DNA from: Bacteroidota bacterium
GTDB taxonomy: Bacteria > Bacteroidota > Bacteroidia > Chitinophagales > JADIYW01
Length of the DNA stretch: 64,000 bases
Assembly (NCBI GenBank): GCA_028288625.1
Contig: JAQBNI010000145.1
Coordinates: 16,963 to 80,962 of the forward strand
Direction of reading: 5' to 3'
Shown: positions 28,057 through 38,000 of the stretch, piece by piece
Layout of the letters: each line of letters opens with the position of its first letter
How positions within the stretch are numbered: the stretch's first letter is position 1
The notes under the pieces: model-generated
The model's database searches: none
What the model saw: only the letters and a program-made list of their open reading frames with translations
Told to the model about the DNA's origin: nothing
Made by a program: the position numbers and the translations under genes

Positions 28057-28542
28057 ATGAAAAAAATGAAAAAGTCAACACTAACTGTCGCACTCTCAAC
28101 ACTGATGGCAGTTTTTATTTTCATTGGATGTCATAACTCCAAGGAAGAAAAATTAGAAGATGCAAAGGAAAATATTGACCAGGCAAAGGAAGATATTCAG
28201 CAGGCGAATTCTATGGATTCTACAAGCACATCTTCTGTTTCTGTGACAACCAATACTTCAGCCGGTGATAATGACTGGACGGTATACAGGAAGGATATAG
28301 AAGCAAGGATAGCGAGATTGAATGACAGGATCACAGATCTGAGAATTAAGATCAAAAAACCTGGTGTAGCGTTGGATAATATGCGTGTAAGGAGGATCGA
28401 CGAATTGCAGGAAAGAATTGCAGCACTTAAAGCAAAGATTGGCGGATATAAATATGACGCTAATGGATGGCCGGCATATAAGACAGATCTTGACAGAGAG
28501 CTGGATCAGTTACAAAAGGATCTTGATGCAGCTAGCAAATAA
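28057..28542 (+). CDS. coiled-coil lipoprotein, function unknown
   Basis: MKKMKKSTLTVALSTLMAVFIFIGC lipobox, followed by heptad-rich charged sequence. Confidence 0.6.
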   Translation: MKKMKKSTLTVALSTLMAVFIFIGCHNSKEEKLEDAKENIDQAKEDIQQANSMDSTSTSSVSVTTNTSAGDNDWTVYRKDIEARIARLNDRITDLRIKIKKPGVALDNMRVRRIDELQERIAALKAKIGGYKYDANGWPAYKTDLDRELDQLQKDLDAASK

Positions 28543-28547
28543 AATAT

Positions 28548-28700
28548 ATGGAACAACTGGAAATTGAAATCCAAAAGCACATGATCGTATTAGATAATAG
28601 TAGTGTTCTGTTCCAAACACTATGGTGTGATAAACAATGGAAAAAGTTAAATCAAATCAGGAACCGGTTTTTACAGGCTTATGATTTGGGAAACAATTAA
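28548..28700 (+). CDS. possible 50-aa ORF (not in the ORF track)
   Basis: The ATG lies 5 nt after the previous stop. Sequence MEQLEIEIQKHMIVLDNSSVLFQTLWCDKQWKKLNQIRNRFLQAYDLGNN; no known family. Confidence 0.25.
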   Translation: MEQLEIEIQKHMIVLDNSSVLFQTLWCDKQWKKLNQIRNRFLQAYDLGNN

Positions 28701-28766
28701 CAGGTAGATTCCGCCGTACGACATGTTGCTTATTGATTCATTATTTAAAAACTTAAACTTATTATC

Positions 28767-28940
28767 ATGGGAAATTTATTATATGCCATCGCAGTCATTT
28801 TAGTGATTGCATGGGCAATCGGGTTCATAGGTTACCACGCAACGGGACTTATACATATACTTTTAGTGATTGCTTTAATTGCAGTTATTCTAAGAATCAT
28901 TCAAGGAAAACCGGTTATTAAAGATTAATCATAAACACTA
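28767..28940 (+). CDS. lmo0937-like small membrane protein (57 aa; not in the ORF track)
   Basis: MGNLLYAIAVILVIAWAIGFIGYHATGLIHILLVIALIAVILRIIQGK, a two-TM pattern typical of this family. Confidence 0.7.
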
Positions 28941-28950
28941 AAAACATTAT

Positions 28951-29106
28951 CATGGGAAATTTATTATATCTAATTGCCGTCATCTTAATAATAGGTTGGG
29001 CAATAAGTTTTTTGGGTGGATTTTATACAGGTGGTATAATTCACATCCTTTTAGTGATTGCAATAATTGCAGTTATATTAAGAGTTATTCAGGGCAGATC
29101 AGTTTA
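28951..29106 (+). CDS. lmo0937-like small membrane protein (51 aa), tandem paralog (not in the ORF track)
   Basis: MGNLLYLIAVILIIGWAISFLGGFYTGGIIHILLVIAIIAVILRVIQGRSV. Confidence 0.7.
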
Positions 29107-29131
29107 ATTAATAAATAAAACAATAAAAATT

Positions 29132-29413
29132 ATGAGTTCAGGTAAAGTATTATTAGGAGTCCTGGCAGGAGTAGCTGCAGGAGCAACACTAGGCATCTTG
29201 TTCGCACCCGACAAAGGTTCTAACACCAGGAAAAAAATAGTTGAAAGAGGCGAAGATTATGTTGACAACTTAAAAGGCGTTTTCAACAAGGCGCTCGACA
29301 GTATCAGCGATGAATTTGATTCCATTCAGGGGGAATTGGATGATGCTGCGGATAAAGGAAAATCGCAGGCGCAGAACCTTAAAAATAATGTGACTTCAGC
29401 AGTGAATAGTTAA
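29132..29413 (+). CDS. YtxH-domain protein
   Basis: N-terminal LLGVLAGVAAGATLGILFAPDKGSNTRKKI, then a charged helix. Confidence 0.75.
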   Translation: MSSGKVLLGVLAGVAAGATLGILFAPDKGSNTRKKIVERGEDYVDNLKGVFNKALDSISDEFDSIQGELDDAADKGKSQAQNLKNNVTSAVNS

Positions 29414-29444
29414 TCACTATTGTTAATCATGAAATGATTTTTTT

Positions 29445-29801
29445 ATGGAAGTGCAGGAAGTTAAAGAAAAACCAGGTGCCATTAGCGATCTGTTTCAGAA
29501 AACTGTAGGATATAGTAAAACTACGGTGGAACTGGCAAAGCTTAAAGGACTTCATACCACCACTAAAGTAGTAACAACATTGGTGGGACGGGGAACCGTG
29601 GTTCTTGTATTAACCATATTTTTTATCATGGTGTCACTCGGAGCAGCATACTGGATTGGCGAAATACTTGGGAAGATCTACTATGGGCTCTTTATAGTAG
29701 CCGGATTTTATCTTGTTGTGGCGGTGATCCTGTTTTTCTTTCTCGATAACTGGATAAAAAAACCAATTGAGGATATTATCATCTCAAAGGCGCTCGAATA
29801 A
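29445..29801 (+). CDS. phage-holin-family / Holin-X-like (DUF1469) membrane protein
   Basis: Amphipathic N-terminus and two TM helices. It has the usual partnership with YtxH in stress clusters. Confidence 0.55.
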   Translation: MEVQEVKEKPGAISDLFQKTVGYSKTTVELAKLKGLHTTTKVVTTLVGRGTVVLVLTIFFIMVSLGAAYWIGEILGKIYYGLFIVAGFYLVVAVILFFFLDNWIKKPIEDIIISKALE

Positions 29802-29827
29802 ATTACAAACAGCTTAATTTTATATCT

Positions 29828-30250
29828 ATGGAAACAATTACGTGTGTAAATGATTTAGAATCCGCAATCCAGGTTTTGGAAAACAAGCAGCAAGAGGAAC
29901 GTCATGAAATGAAAGAAGCATTCCATGATACCTACGAAAAATTTCAGCCGTCAAATTTGATTAAGAATACCATTAAAGATGTTATAAAACTTCCGCAGAG
30001 CAATCCGGAAATAATGAAAGTGGCTATCGGTATAACTGTAGGTTACCTGGTGAAAAAACTCCTCGTAAGATCTTCTCTGAATCCATTTAAATTATTACTC
30101 GGAAATGTACTGGAGTTTGCAATTGCAGGATATATTTCCAGGAACCCCGAAAAGTTTAAGGCTGTGGCTACGAAAGTTGCACAAGTATTAATGAAAATAA
30201 AAAATCGCAGGGAGCAGAAATTGAGAACAATTGCGATCCAGGCAGGATAA
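29828..30250 (+). CDS. hypothetical protein of the stress cluster
   Basis: 140-aa ORF, co-directional and tightly spaced. No family recognised. Confidence 0.45.
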   Translation: METITCVNDLESAIQVLENKQQEERHEMKEAFHDTYEKFQPSNLIKNTIKDVIKLPQSNPEIMKVAIGITVGYLVKKLLVRSSLNPFKLLLGNVLEFAIAGYISRNPEKFKAVATKVAQVLMKIKNRREQKLRTIAIQAG

Positions 30251-30435
30251 TATTTCACAACATTCATTAAGATCGATAATTAATCAACTTTCCAAAATCC
30301 ACCGGTTAATTTTATCAAGTGATCCTTAACTATCCGATAAAATTCTTCCGGTGGCAGTTGGCTTTTGAGCGAATGTTGCAATTAATAAATTTAAAGAATG
30401 ATCATACAAGCAGATCTATGATCTTGCTAATAAAA

Positions 30436-30473
30436 TAAAAAAGCCTGTTTCTTTTGAAACAGGCTTTTTTTTT
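30436..30473. terminator. bidirectional rho-independent terminator
   Basis: aaaaa-agcctgtttc-tttt-gaaacaggct-ttttttttt. Confidence 0.85.
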
Positions 30474-30485
30474 AACTGTGCAATC

Positions 30486-30698
30486 TTATTTAATTGAACA
30501 GCTGGCATTTGGATTTATTGCTCTTACATCCGCTTGTTTCGAATCGCATTTCTCTTTTGCAGTAAGGAACTTCGTTTCCTTATACGTTTCTGCAGTTATT
30601 TGATTTGTCCCATCAGTACAAACACAATTCCAGCTTTTCTTGCAAGATGACATTCCTAATGCCATGATGATACTTGCAGCTACTAATAATTTTTTCAT
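30486..30698 (-). CDS. small Cys-rich lipoprotein (70 aa), divergent member of a three-gene family
   Basis: Lipobox LGMSSC. The pattern C-x-C...C...C-x-x-x-stop is shared with the two downstream paralogs. Confidence 0.7.
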   Translation of the reverse strand: MKKLLVAASIIMALGMSSCKKSWNCVCTDGTNQITAETYKETKFLTAKEKCDSKQADVRAINPNASCSIK

Positions 30699-30845
30699 GA
30701 TTCTAATTTTTTAAGTTATAAATTATACTACAAAGATGCGTTTCTTACTTCCGGATCAATTACACAACTAAAACTTAGTGTTATATAATTCACATACAAA
30801 CAATAATAAAAGCAGCATGATAGCTGCCTGTGTAATTTCTGAGGA

Positions 30846-31064
30846 TTATAAAATGGTGCATTGTGCAGATGGAACCGTAGTGTTCGCCCAGAAAGACTGG
30901 CGGTCCTTACATTGTTTACGGGCATCTGTTAATCCTGTTCGTGGATAAGTTTGTTTATCAAACGTGTTACCATTTGCATCCTTGCAATTACATGTGTAAT
31001 CTTTTATGCATGATGTCATTCCTAAGGTTAAAATGAAACTGACAGCAATGATTAATTTTTTCAT
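30846..31064 (-). CDS. small Cys-rich lipoprotein (72 aa)
   Basis: Lipobox LGMTSC. The mature peptide CIKDYTCNCKDANGNTFDKQTYPRTGLTDARKQCKDRQSFWANTTVPSAQCTIL has an own hairpin terminator at ~30812-30830. Confidence 0.8.
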   Translation of the reverse strand: MKKLIIAVSFILTLGMTSCIKDYTCNCKDANGNTFDKQTYPRTGLTDARKQCKDRQSFWANTTVPSAQCTIL

Positions 31065-31224
31065 GATATTTTTTTTGGGTTATAAATATTATGCTTTAAA
31101 GTTGCACCATTTCACGTTGCCGGATCTTATACAACTTTCACAATACCTTATAACATTTACATCTGCAATTAAAATAAAAAGGCAGCTTAAAAAGCTGCCC
31201 CATCTTGCAAAAATATTTTTGTAT

Positions 31225-31443
31225 TTATAAGATTGTACATTGTGCAGAAGGCACGGTAGTATTCGCCCAAAATGATTGGCGATCCTTGCATTGTTTACGG
31301 GCATCTGTTAATCCAGTGCGCGGGTAAGTCTGTTTATCAAAAGTATTTCCATTTGAATCTTTGCAGGTACAAGTGTAATCTTTAATGCAAGACGTCATAC
31401 CTAATGATGTAATGATTCCTGCAGCTAATAATAATTTTTTCAT
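31225..31443 (-). CDS. small Cys-rich lipoprotein (72 aa)
   Basis: The mature peptide differs from 30846..31064 at only 2 residues despite many synonymous changes. It has an own hairpin terminator at ~31180-31200. Confidence 0.8.
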   Translation of the reverse strand: MKKLLLAAGIITSLGMTSCIKDYTCTCKDSNGNTFDKQTYPRTGLTDARKQCKDRQSFWANTTVPSAQCTIL

Positions 31444-31563
31444 GATAAATATTTAAATGAATTAATAATATAAATATCGTACGATTAAAGGCTTTGAGAG
31501 TTACACTTGAAAAGTTATATGTTACATGTTTCACATATGCATATCACTTGCAAAGAGATATAT

Positions 31564-31594
31564 AATAAGAAAAGCCCCACATATTCGTGGGGCT
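31564..31594 (-). terminator. rho-independent terminator of tRNA-Gln
   Basis: AGCCCCAC-gaatat-GTGGGGCT followed by a T-run on the minus strand. Confidence 0.8.
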
Positions 31595-31596
31595 TG

Positions 31597-31669
31597 TTGA
31601 CCTATCAGGGGTCGAACCTGAACTCTTCTGAACCAAAATCAGACGTGTTGCCAGTTACACCATAGGTCA
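31597..31669 (-). tRNA. tRNA-Gln (anticodon UUG)
   Basis: Folded by hand from the 73-nt minus-strand sequence. Acceptor stem TGACCTA/TAGGTCA (U1-A72), D stem GTGT/ACAC, anticodon stem TCTGA/TCAGA with loop TT-TTG-GT, T arm TCAGG-TTCGACC-CCTGA. CCA is not encoded. Confidence 0.92.
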
Positions 31670-31777
31670 GTTTCGGAGTGCAAAGTTAAAATCTTTTTCC
31701 AATTTATCAAAAGCGCAATTTTTTTATCAATAAATCCACACTGATAAGGTAAATTTAGAACATGAAAGGTATCCATA

Positions 31778-32221
31778 ATGAAAAGACACTTTAAATTAAT
31801 ATTAGCGATTATTATCATTGGTTTAAGCGCACTTATTGCATATGGTGTTTATTTCTATTTTAAGCCAATGAGGCAGGTTTCACAGGAGCAAACCGATTAT
31901 AAGGTGACGGATAAGCAGCTGATAGAAGAATTTACAGCATCACCGGATAAAGCAGGTATCAAATACCTCGATAAGATCATGGAGATCTCGGGAGAAGTAA
32001 AAAAAACTGAAATACAAGATAATGCTAACAATGTTATATTTGACAAAGGTGATGCAGTGGTCATTGTTGCTGCATGCCTGCCGGAAGAAAAAAATAAAAT
32101 AACGCTGTTACGTTCAGGTAGTACAATCAGTCTAAGAGGTATTTGCAAAGGATTTATAAAAGGAGATGATGTGTTTGGTACGCCCGGGGAATTAAAAATT
32201 GATCAATGCACCTTAAAGTAA
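31778..32221 (+). CDS. membrane-anchored OB-fold (tRNA_anti-like) protein
   Basis: N-terminal TM anchor, then FTAS..KA..KYLDKIMEISGEV pattern typical of this Bacteroidota family. Confidence 0.5.
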   Translation: MKRHFKLILAIIIIGLSALIAYGVYFYFKPMRQVSQEQTDYKVTDKQLIEEFTASPDKAGIKYLDKIMEISGEVKKTEIQDNANNVIFDKGDAVVIVAACLPEEKNKITLLRSGSTISLRGICKGFIKGDDVFGTPGELKIDQCTLK

Positions 32222-32934
32222 AATACCTTTTTGTCTTTTTTTTCTTTTTGACCGTTTGCGGTATCTCACTGTATTCCTGTAAGCACGATCCTCAACCCGT
32301 ACCGTTACCGAAACCTGACAGCATTTCTTTATTAAAACCCTGCGATTCTACCAAAACTTATTTTGTAAATGATGTAATGCCTTACATTAATGCAACCTGT
32401 GCAATACCCGGCTGCCATGATCATAATAGCCCAACCGCAGGAATAGATCTTTCATCTTATGAAGCGATCATGAATTCAAAAGTAAAAGGAAAACCAATTG
32501 TGGTTCCCGGCGATCCGATAAACAGCAAAATATGCAGGGTTTTATTTTTGCTCGATTTGATTCCTATGCCTCCGCTGTATAATTTTCCCATTCCTGTAGA
32601 AGGAAGAGATCGTATTGTAAACTGGGTATTGGAAGGCGCCAAGAATGATGCCTGTGAGTACATCGGTGATACATCAAGGTTTATGTACCGCCACGATATC
32701 AGACCGCTGATCTATAAATATTGCACAGGCTGCCATTTTGGTGATTATGCCTCGGATAGTATCTTGCTGGTTACTTATGACCAGGTAAAATATTATGTAG
32801 ATAAAAAGAAATTACTGGAATCTATAACGGGAAGTGATAGTGTTGTAAGAATGCCAAAAGGCAATGCCGCCATGCAGCCCTCAGAAATTATCAGGATCAG
32901 GAAATGGGTAGAAAGCGGAGCGCCGTTAAATTAA
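32206..32934 (+). CDS. lipoprotein with two cytochrome-c-like (PSCyt1-type) modules
   Basis: Lipobox LYSC. Module 1 has V.PYINATCAIPGCH (C-x4-CH) and module 2 has IRPLIYKYCTGCH (CXXCH). Each module ends in ..MP...I..W...GA. Confidence 0.55.
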   Translation: MHLKVKYLFVFFFFLTVCGISLYSCKHDPQPVPLPKPDSISLLKPCDSTKTYFVNDVMPYINATCAIPGCHDHNSPTAGIDLSSYEAIMNSKVKGKPIVVPGDPINSKICRVLFLLDLIPMPPLYNFPIPVEGRDRIVNWVLEGAKNDACEYIGDTSRFMYRHDIRPLIYKYCTGCHFGDYASDSILLVTYDQVKYYVDKKKLLESITGSDSVVRMPKGNAAMQPSEIIRIRKWVESGAPLN

Positions 32935-32938
32935 AAGA

Positions 32939-33328
32939 ATGAACAAATTCGTCTATATATTTTTTATTGCAGGAATTGTATTATTGTCATTTTCTGTTAC
33001 TTCCTGCTATTATGATAAAGAAGAAACTTTATACGGCGGAGGTATATGCGATACCAGCAACATATCTTATTCTAATAAAGTAGTTCCGATATTGACAGTC
33101 TACTGCAGCAGTTGCCACAGTGCGGTGAATGCGCCGGTTTTAGGTAGTGGGTTGATACTGGAGGGGTATAATAATATTTCAATCTATCTTCAGCAGCACC
33201 AGCAAACATTGATCAATGCAGTAAAACAAAACGGGAGCGCTAAATCTATGCCGCCTACTTCTAAAATAGATAAATGTTCTATTGCTTTTTTAGAAGCGTG
33301 GATTTTGCAGGGGAAAAAGAATAACTAG
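32939..33328 (+). CDS. lipoprotein with one cytochrome-c-like (PSCyt1-type) module
   Basis: Lipobox VTSC; VVPILTVYCSSCH ... SMPP ... AWILQG. Confidence 0.55.
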   Translation: MNKFVYIFFIAGIVLLSFSVTSCYYDKEETLYGGGICDTSNISYSNKVVPILTVYCSSCHSAVNAPVLGSGLILEGYNNISIYLQQHQQTLINAVKQNGSAKSMPPTSKIDKCSIAFLEAWILQGKKNN

Positions 33329-33343
33329 ATTAAAAAAAAGAAT

Positions 33344-33889
33344 ATGAAAAGGATAAGCATTTTACTGCTGATGTTTATTGCAGTGTTTACTGCAGCAGCT
33401 CAGAAATATTATACAAGTTCAGGAGTGATCACTTTTACGTCAGAAGCTCCGATGGAAAAAATTATTTCCTCAAACAAGCAGGTCACGGCTTTGCTTAATA
33501 CTGCAACAAAAGAAGTTGCATTTAAAGTGCTCATGAAAAGTTTTAAGTTTGACAGACAGGGTATGTACGACCATTTCAACAGGGAATATACAGAATCGGA
33601 TAAATTTCCAAATGCAATGTTTGAAGGAAAAATTACAGATGCAGTTGATTTTACAAAAAATGGCACATATAATTCAATAGTAGATGGAAAATTGACCATT
33701 CATGGTGTAACAAAACCGGTGAAGCAATCGGGCACAGTAGAAGTTGTTGAAGGAAAGATCACTTTGAAATCTAATTTTAATATTCAATTATCAGATTATG
33801 GAATAAAAGTGCCTTCTGATTTTATAAAAAGGATCAGCAACACCGTGCAGGTAACAGTTAACACAGTTCTCACTCCTTATGTAAGATGA
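33344..33889 (+). CDS. YceI-family (polyisoprenoid-binding) protein
   Basis: Signal peptide, then the ITFTSEAPMEKI...G.LTIHGVTKPV pattern. Confidence 0.75.
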   Translation: MKRISILLLMFIAVFTAAAQKYYTSSGVITFTSEAPMEKIISSNKQVTALLNTATKEVAFKVLMKSFKFDRQGMYDHFNREYTESDKFPNAMFEGKITDAVDFTKNGTYNSIVDGKLTIHGVTKPVKQSGTVEVVEGKITLKSNFNIQLSDYGIKVPSDFIKRISNTVQVTVNTVLTPYVR

Positions 33890-33890
33890 T

Positions 33891-34928
33891 ATGAAAAATG
33901 CTTTACTCTTTTTCTTCCTGGTAAGCGCATGCAGTCTCTTTGCAGAAAATCCTGCGGCATTTAAGCCCGCAAGAAGAAATAAGTCAGTCGTAACTCCGCA
34001 AGCGCCTGCAGATACTTCGCATTCCCTGTTGTCAGAAATAGATTCCATACAGGCAGTAACAAATCCTATGCTTGATAAGCCGAAACGAATATACAATACA
34101 TTCGGCGGCACGCATTTAATTAACGGGCAATCTGTTGAAACCATCAACAAAAAAACAATGGCATTCATTATTGCGCATAGGTTTGGAAGAGTAAACGGCG
34201 GATGGCGTGAATTTTTTGGTTTGGACCAGGCGTCTATTCGGTTTGGTTTTGAATACGGCATTCTCGATAACCTCACTGTGGGATTTGGCAGGAGCACCTT
34301 CAACAAAACATTTGACGGATACGTGAAATACCGGTTTCTTACACAAAAAGAAAAAGGCATGCCATTGTCGATGTGTTTTTATTCCAATATGGCAATCAAC
34401 TCCAGTAAATTTATCAACCAAAGCCAGCATAATTATTTCAGCTCGCGGCTGTCGTTTGTTTTCCAGTTGATGATCGCGCGAAAATTCAACGATTGGTTTT
34501 CATTGCAGCTCATGCCGACCGTCGTACATAAAAATTTGGTTGCCACCGAACAGGATAAAAATACTTTGTTTGTTTTAGGCGCCGGTTTTAAAGTGAAATT
34601 ATCCAAGCGCATGGCGTTCTTAGGCGAATATTATTTACGTATAAAAGATAATAAGCTTTCCGGCAACCAGGATGCATTTGCAATTGGGTTGGATGTGGTT
34701 ACAGGTGGTCATGTTTTTCAATTCCAGGTTACGAATGCTCAGGCAATGTACGATACAGGCTTCATGCGCGAAACCACGGGAAGATTCTGGAAAGGAGATA
34801 TTCATTTCGGCTTCAATATTTCGAGAACATGGGGCGTAGGAAAACAAGCTAAGCTGGAAAGAAAGGAAAAACACGCGAAAAAGAAAATGGCTAAAGCAGA
34901 CGCAGCAACACCACATTCAGCTCCATAG
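33891..34928 (+). CDS. DUF5777-like outer-membrane beta-barrel protein
   Basis: Signal peptide, IIAHRFG..NGG...FFGLD motif, and strand periodicity. Confidence 0.55.
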   Translation: MKNALLFFFLVSACSLFAENPAAFKPARRNKSVVTPQAPADTSHSLLSEIDSIQAVTNPMLDKPKRIYNTFGGTHLINGQSVETINKKTMAFIIAHRFGRVNGGWREFFGLDQASIRFGFEYGILDNLTVGFGRSTFNKTFDGYVKYRFLTQKEKGMPLSMCFYSNMAINSSKFINQSQHNYFSSRLSFVFQLMIARKFNDWFSLQLMPTVVHKNLVATEQDKNTLFVLGAGFKVKLSKRMAFLGEYYLRIKDNKLSGNQDAFAIGLDVVTGGHVFQFQVTNAQAMYDTGFMRETTGRFWKGDIHFGFNISRTWGVGKQAKLERKEKHAKKKMAKADAATPHSAP

Positions 34929-35048
34929 CACAATTCAATATTTACAATTTTCTGATTCCCCAATTGATATTTGCATTTATTCACAACTATTCACAACCGT
35001 TAAAGGGCTAAACGGCTTATTTTTTTTATTTTTGACCAAAATATACGA

Positions 35049-38000
35049 ATGAATAAACGATACAAACTAATAAACTCCATCGCCGGGTTTATTGTTTTTG
35101 GAATTTCTCTCTGGCAATATACTTCTACATTAGAATCGGCAGGCAGTTTATGGGATTGCGGGGAGTTTGCTTCCTGTGTATATAAGTTGCAGGTTGCGCA
35201 CCCCCCGGGCGCACCTTTCTTTATGCTTTTGGGAAGGATATTCACCTTACTTAATCCTCACAATCCTGTAATCATGGTCAACTTTTTATCTGGGTTGATG
35301 TCTGCAGGCTGTATCTTGTTTTTATTCTGGACGATCACCATGGTCGCAAAAAAATTACTCGTTCCGCAAGGAAAAGAAATAGGCTTGGATGATACGCTGG
35401 CAATCGTAGGTGCCGGAGCAGTTGGCGCCCTGGCATGTTCTTTTTCAGATACCATGTGGTTTTCCGCAGTAGAAGGTGAGGTGTATGCATCTTCCATGTT
35501 CTTTATTTCTATAGTGCTTTGGGCGGTAATGAAATGGAACGAGGAAGCAGAGCAGCCTTATGGAAACCGGTGGCTGGTATTTGCAGCATACATGATCGGC
35601 GTATCTCTCGGCGTGCACTTACTTTCTTTGTTAGTGATACCTGTTGCCGTAATCGTTTATTATTTCAAAAAATTCAAACCTACAGTTTGGGGTTTTATCA
35701 TCGCCTTTATTGTCGGTTTTATTTTGCTCGGTTCCGTGCAGATCGGGGTGGTGCAAACTGCCATAAAGTTAGCAGGAGGTGTAGAATATTTTTTCGTGAA
35801 CGGATTAGGAATGCCATTCAACATTGGGTTCGTCTTTGCATGGGTGATATTGGTTGCAGTATTGGTTTTCCTGATCTATTACGCGCATAAGATCAAGCAT
35901 GCCGATCTTCAATTGCTCGCGGTTTGTTATTTGGTGATCTTTATAGGATTCTCATCTTATATAATGGTACCTATTCGCGCAGCAGCAAATCCTCCTATAA
36001 ATATGAACAACCCGAAGGATGCATTTAGCTTGCTGTCGTATCTCAACCGGGAGCAATATGGTTCCCGTGCTTTGATAAAGGGACCTTTGTTTGATGCGCA
36101 ACCAACCAGTTACGTGAGTACCGGTAAAGATTATTACCAGGATCCGAAAACAAAAAGATATGAAGTAAAGGGAGAAAAAATAGAATATACTTATAATCCT
36201 GAAGATGAAATGCTGTTCCCGAGAATGGGTCCGACTAATGACGGCGAATCCGCTGCTTCATTATATCAATACTGGACCGGTTACCAGGGGAAGCCCACAT
36301 TTGGAGATAACATCAAATATTTTTTCAATTACCAGATCCGCTATATGTACTGGCGTTATTTTTTATGGAATTTTGCGGGGAGACAGGATGATTATCAGGG
36401 AACGCCGAGCAACGAAAGGATGAACGGCGACTGGCTCAGTGGTATATCCATAATTGACAATGCGCATCTCGGAAGCCAGGATGGTTTGCCGTACCAGATA
36501 CTGAATCAGAAAGCACGGAATAAATTTTATTTGCTGCCCCTGCTGCTGGGAATAATCGGACTAGTGTATATGTACTCAAAGAATAAAAATTACACGATTA
36601 TTTTTGGTTTGTTGTGGCTCGTTACGGGCATTGCATTGATCGTGTATACAAACCAGCCGCCGAGGGAGCCACGGGAGCGCGACTATGCGCTGGTCGGTTC
36701 ATTCTTTGCATTTTGTATCTGGATCGGTTTAGCCGTCACTTTTATTTATGAATATTTGAAGAGCAAAAAAATGCCGGGAATACCGGTTGCAATTGCTACG
36801 ACGATCATCTGTTTGTTTGTGCCGTTTATAATGGCGAAAGCCGGATGGGATGATCATAACCGTCATGGTCGTTATATGGCGCGTGATTTTGCTGCGAACT
36901 ATTTGGAGAGTTGTCCGCCCAATGCAATCCTGTTTACACAGGGAGATAACGATACGTATCCGTTATGGTACGCGCAGGAAGTGGAGGGCATACGCACAGA
37001 TGTTCGCATCGTGAATTTAAGTTTGCTTGGTGTCGACTGGTATATAGACTTCCTGCATCGTGCATCCAATAAATCCGGACCTATTCCTTTCTATAAAGAT
37101 TTTACTACCGAAAAATATCGCGGTAATAACCGTGATATGATACAGTTTAATGATCAGTCCGGTTTTGCAGATGCGAGCCAGTTTTATGATGTACAGAATA
37201 TCATGGCATTTATATTGAGTGATGACCCGCAATATAAAGCGCAAACGAGCAGGGGTGAAGCAGTGAATTATTTACCGACAACAAAATTGAAATTAAAAGT
37301 TGATCGTGCAGCCATCGAAAAATATGGTGTCGTGCCTGATCAGTATAAAGATAAAATTGTGGATGAGATCACTTGGGATCTTGGAAAGAACCGAATCATT
37401 AAATATGACCTTGCAGTGCTTGCAATGGTAGCTGCTGCCGACTGGAGCCGTCCGATCTGTTTTTCGAATACCGTTGAAAGCGTTTACTACAATGGACTCG
37501 ATAAGTATTTAATGCAGGAAGGAGAAATTCTTCGGTTGATGCCTTGCCGGTTTGAGGAAAACCAGAGAGGATATTATGCGATGAATACGCAAAAAAGTTA
37601 CGATATCCTGATGAAAAAATTTAAGTATGGCGGTATGGGTGAACGCGAAATGTTCGTTGATGAAAATTCATCGCGCATAATGAATACATTGAAAAGTGTT
37701 CACTTCGGTATCGCAGATGATCTCATTAAAAACAATAAAAAACAGGAAGCGGTAAATGTACTGGAAAGGATCCGTAAAGAATTCACTTATGCGAATGCAC
37801 CATACTACACACCGAACAACCGTTATTTTAATATTCTAAGTGTGCAATGGATAGATCTGTATTACCGTGCAGATGCCAAAGAAAAATCCAAACCGATAAA
37901 GGATTTGCTTATAAAGGATTTGAAAGATTGTCTGCGGTTTTATAATATTCCCAATGATGACTTTGCAGCTTTATATGGCGGGGAGAAAAAATCTGCAGAA

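Noticed and set aside
29445-29801. Holin-family gene as a sign of a prophage or lysis cassette
   Set aside because: No endolysin, capsid, tail or integrase genes are nearby. The gene sits in a CsbD/YtxH stress cluster where Holin-X-like proteins are commonly found.
33791-34360. 189-aa ORF antisense to the YceI / DUF5777-like genes
   Set aside because: It is fully overlapped by two well-supported sense genes, and its composition is typical of antisense noise.
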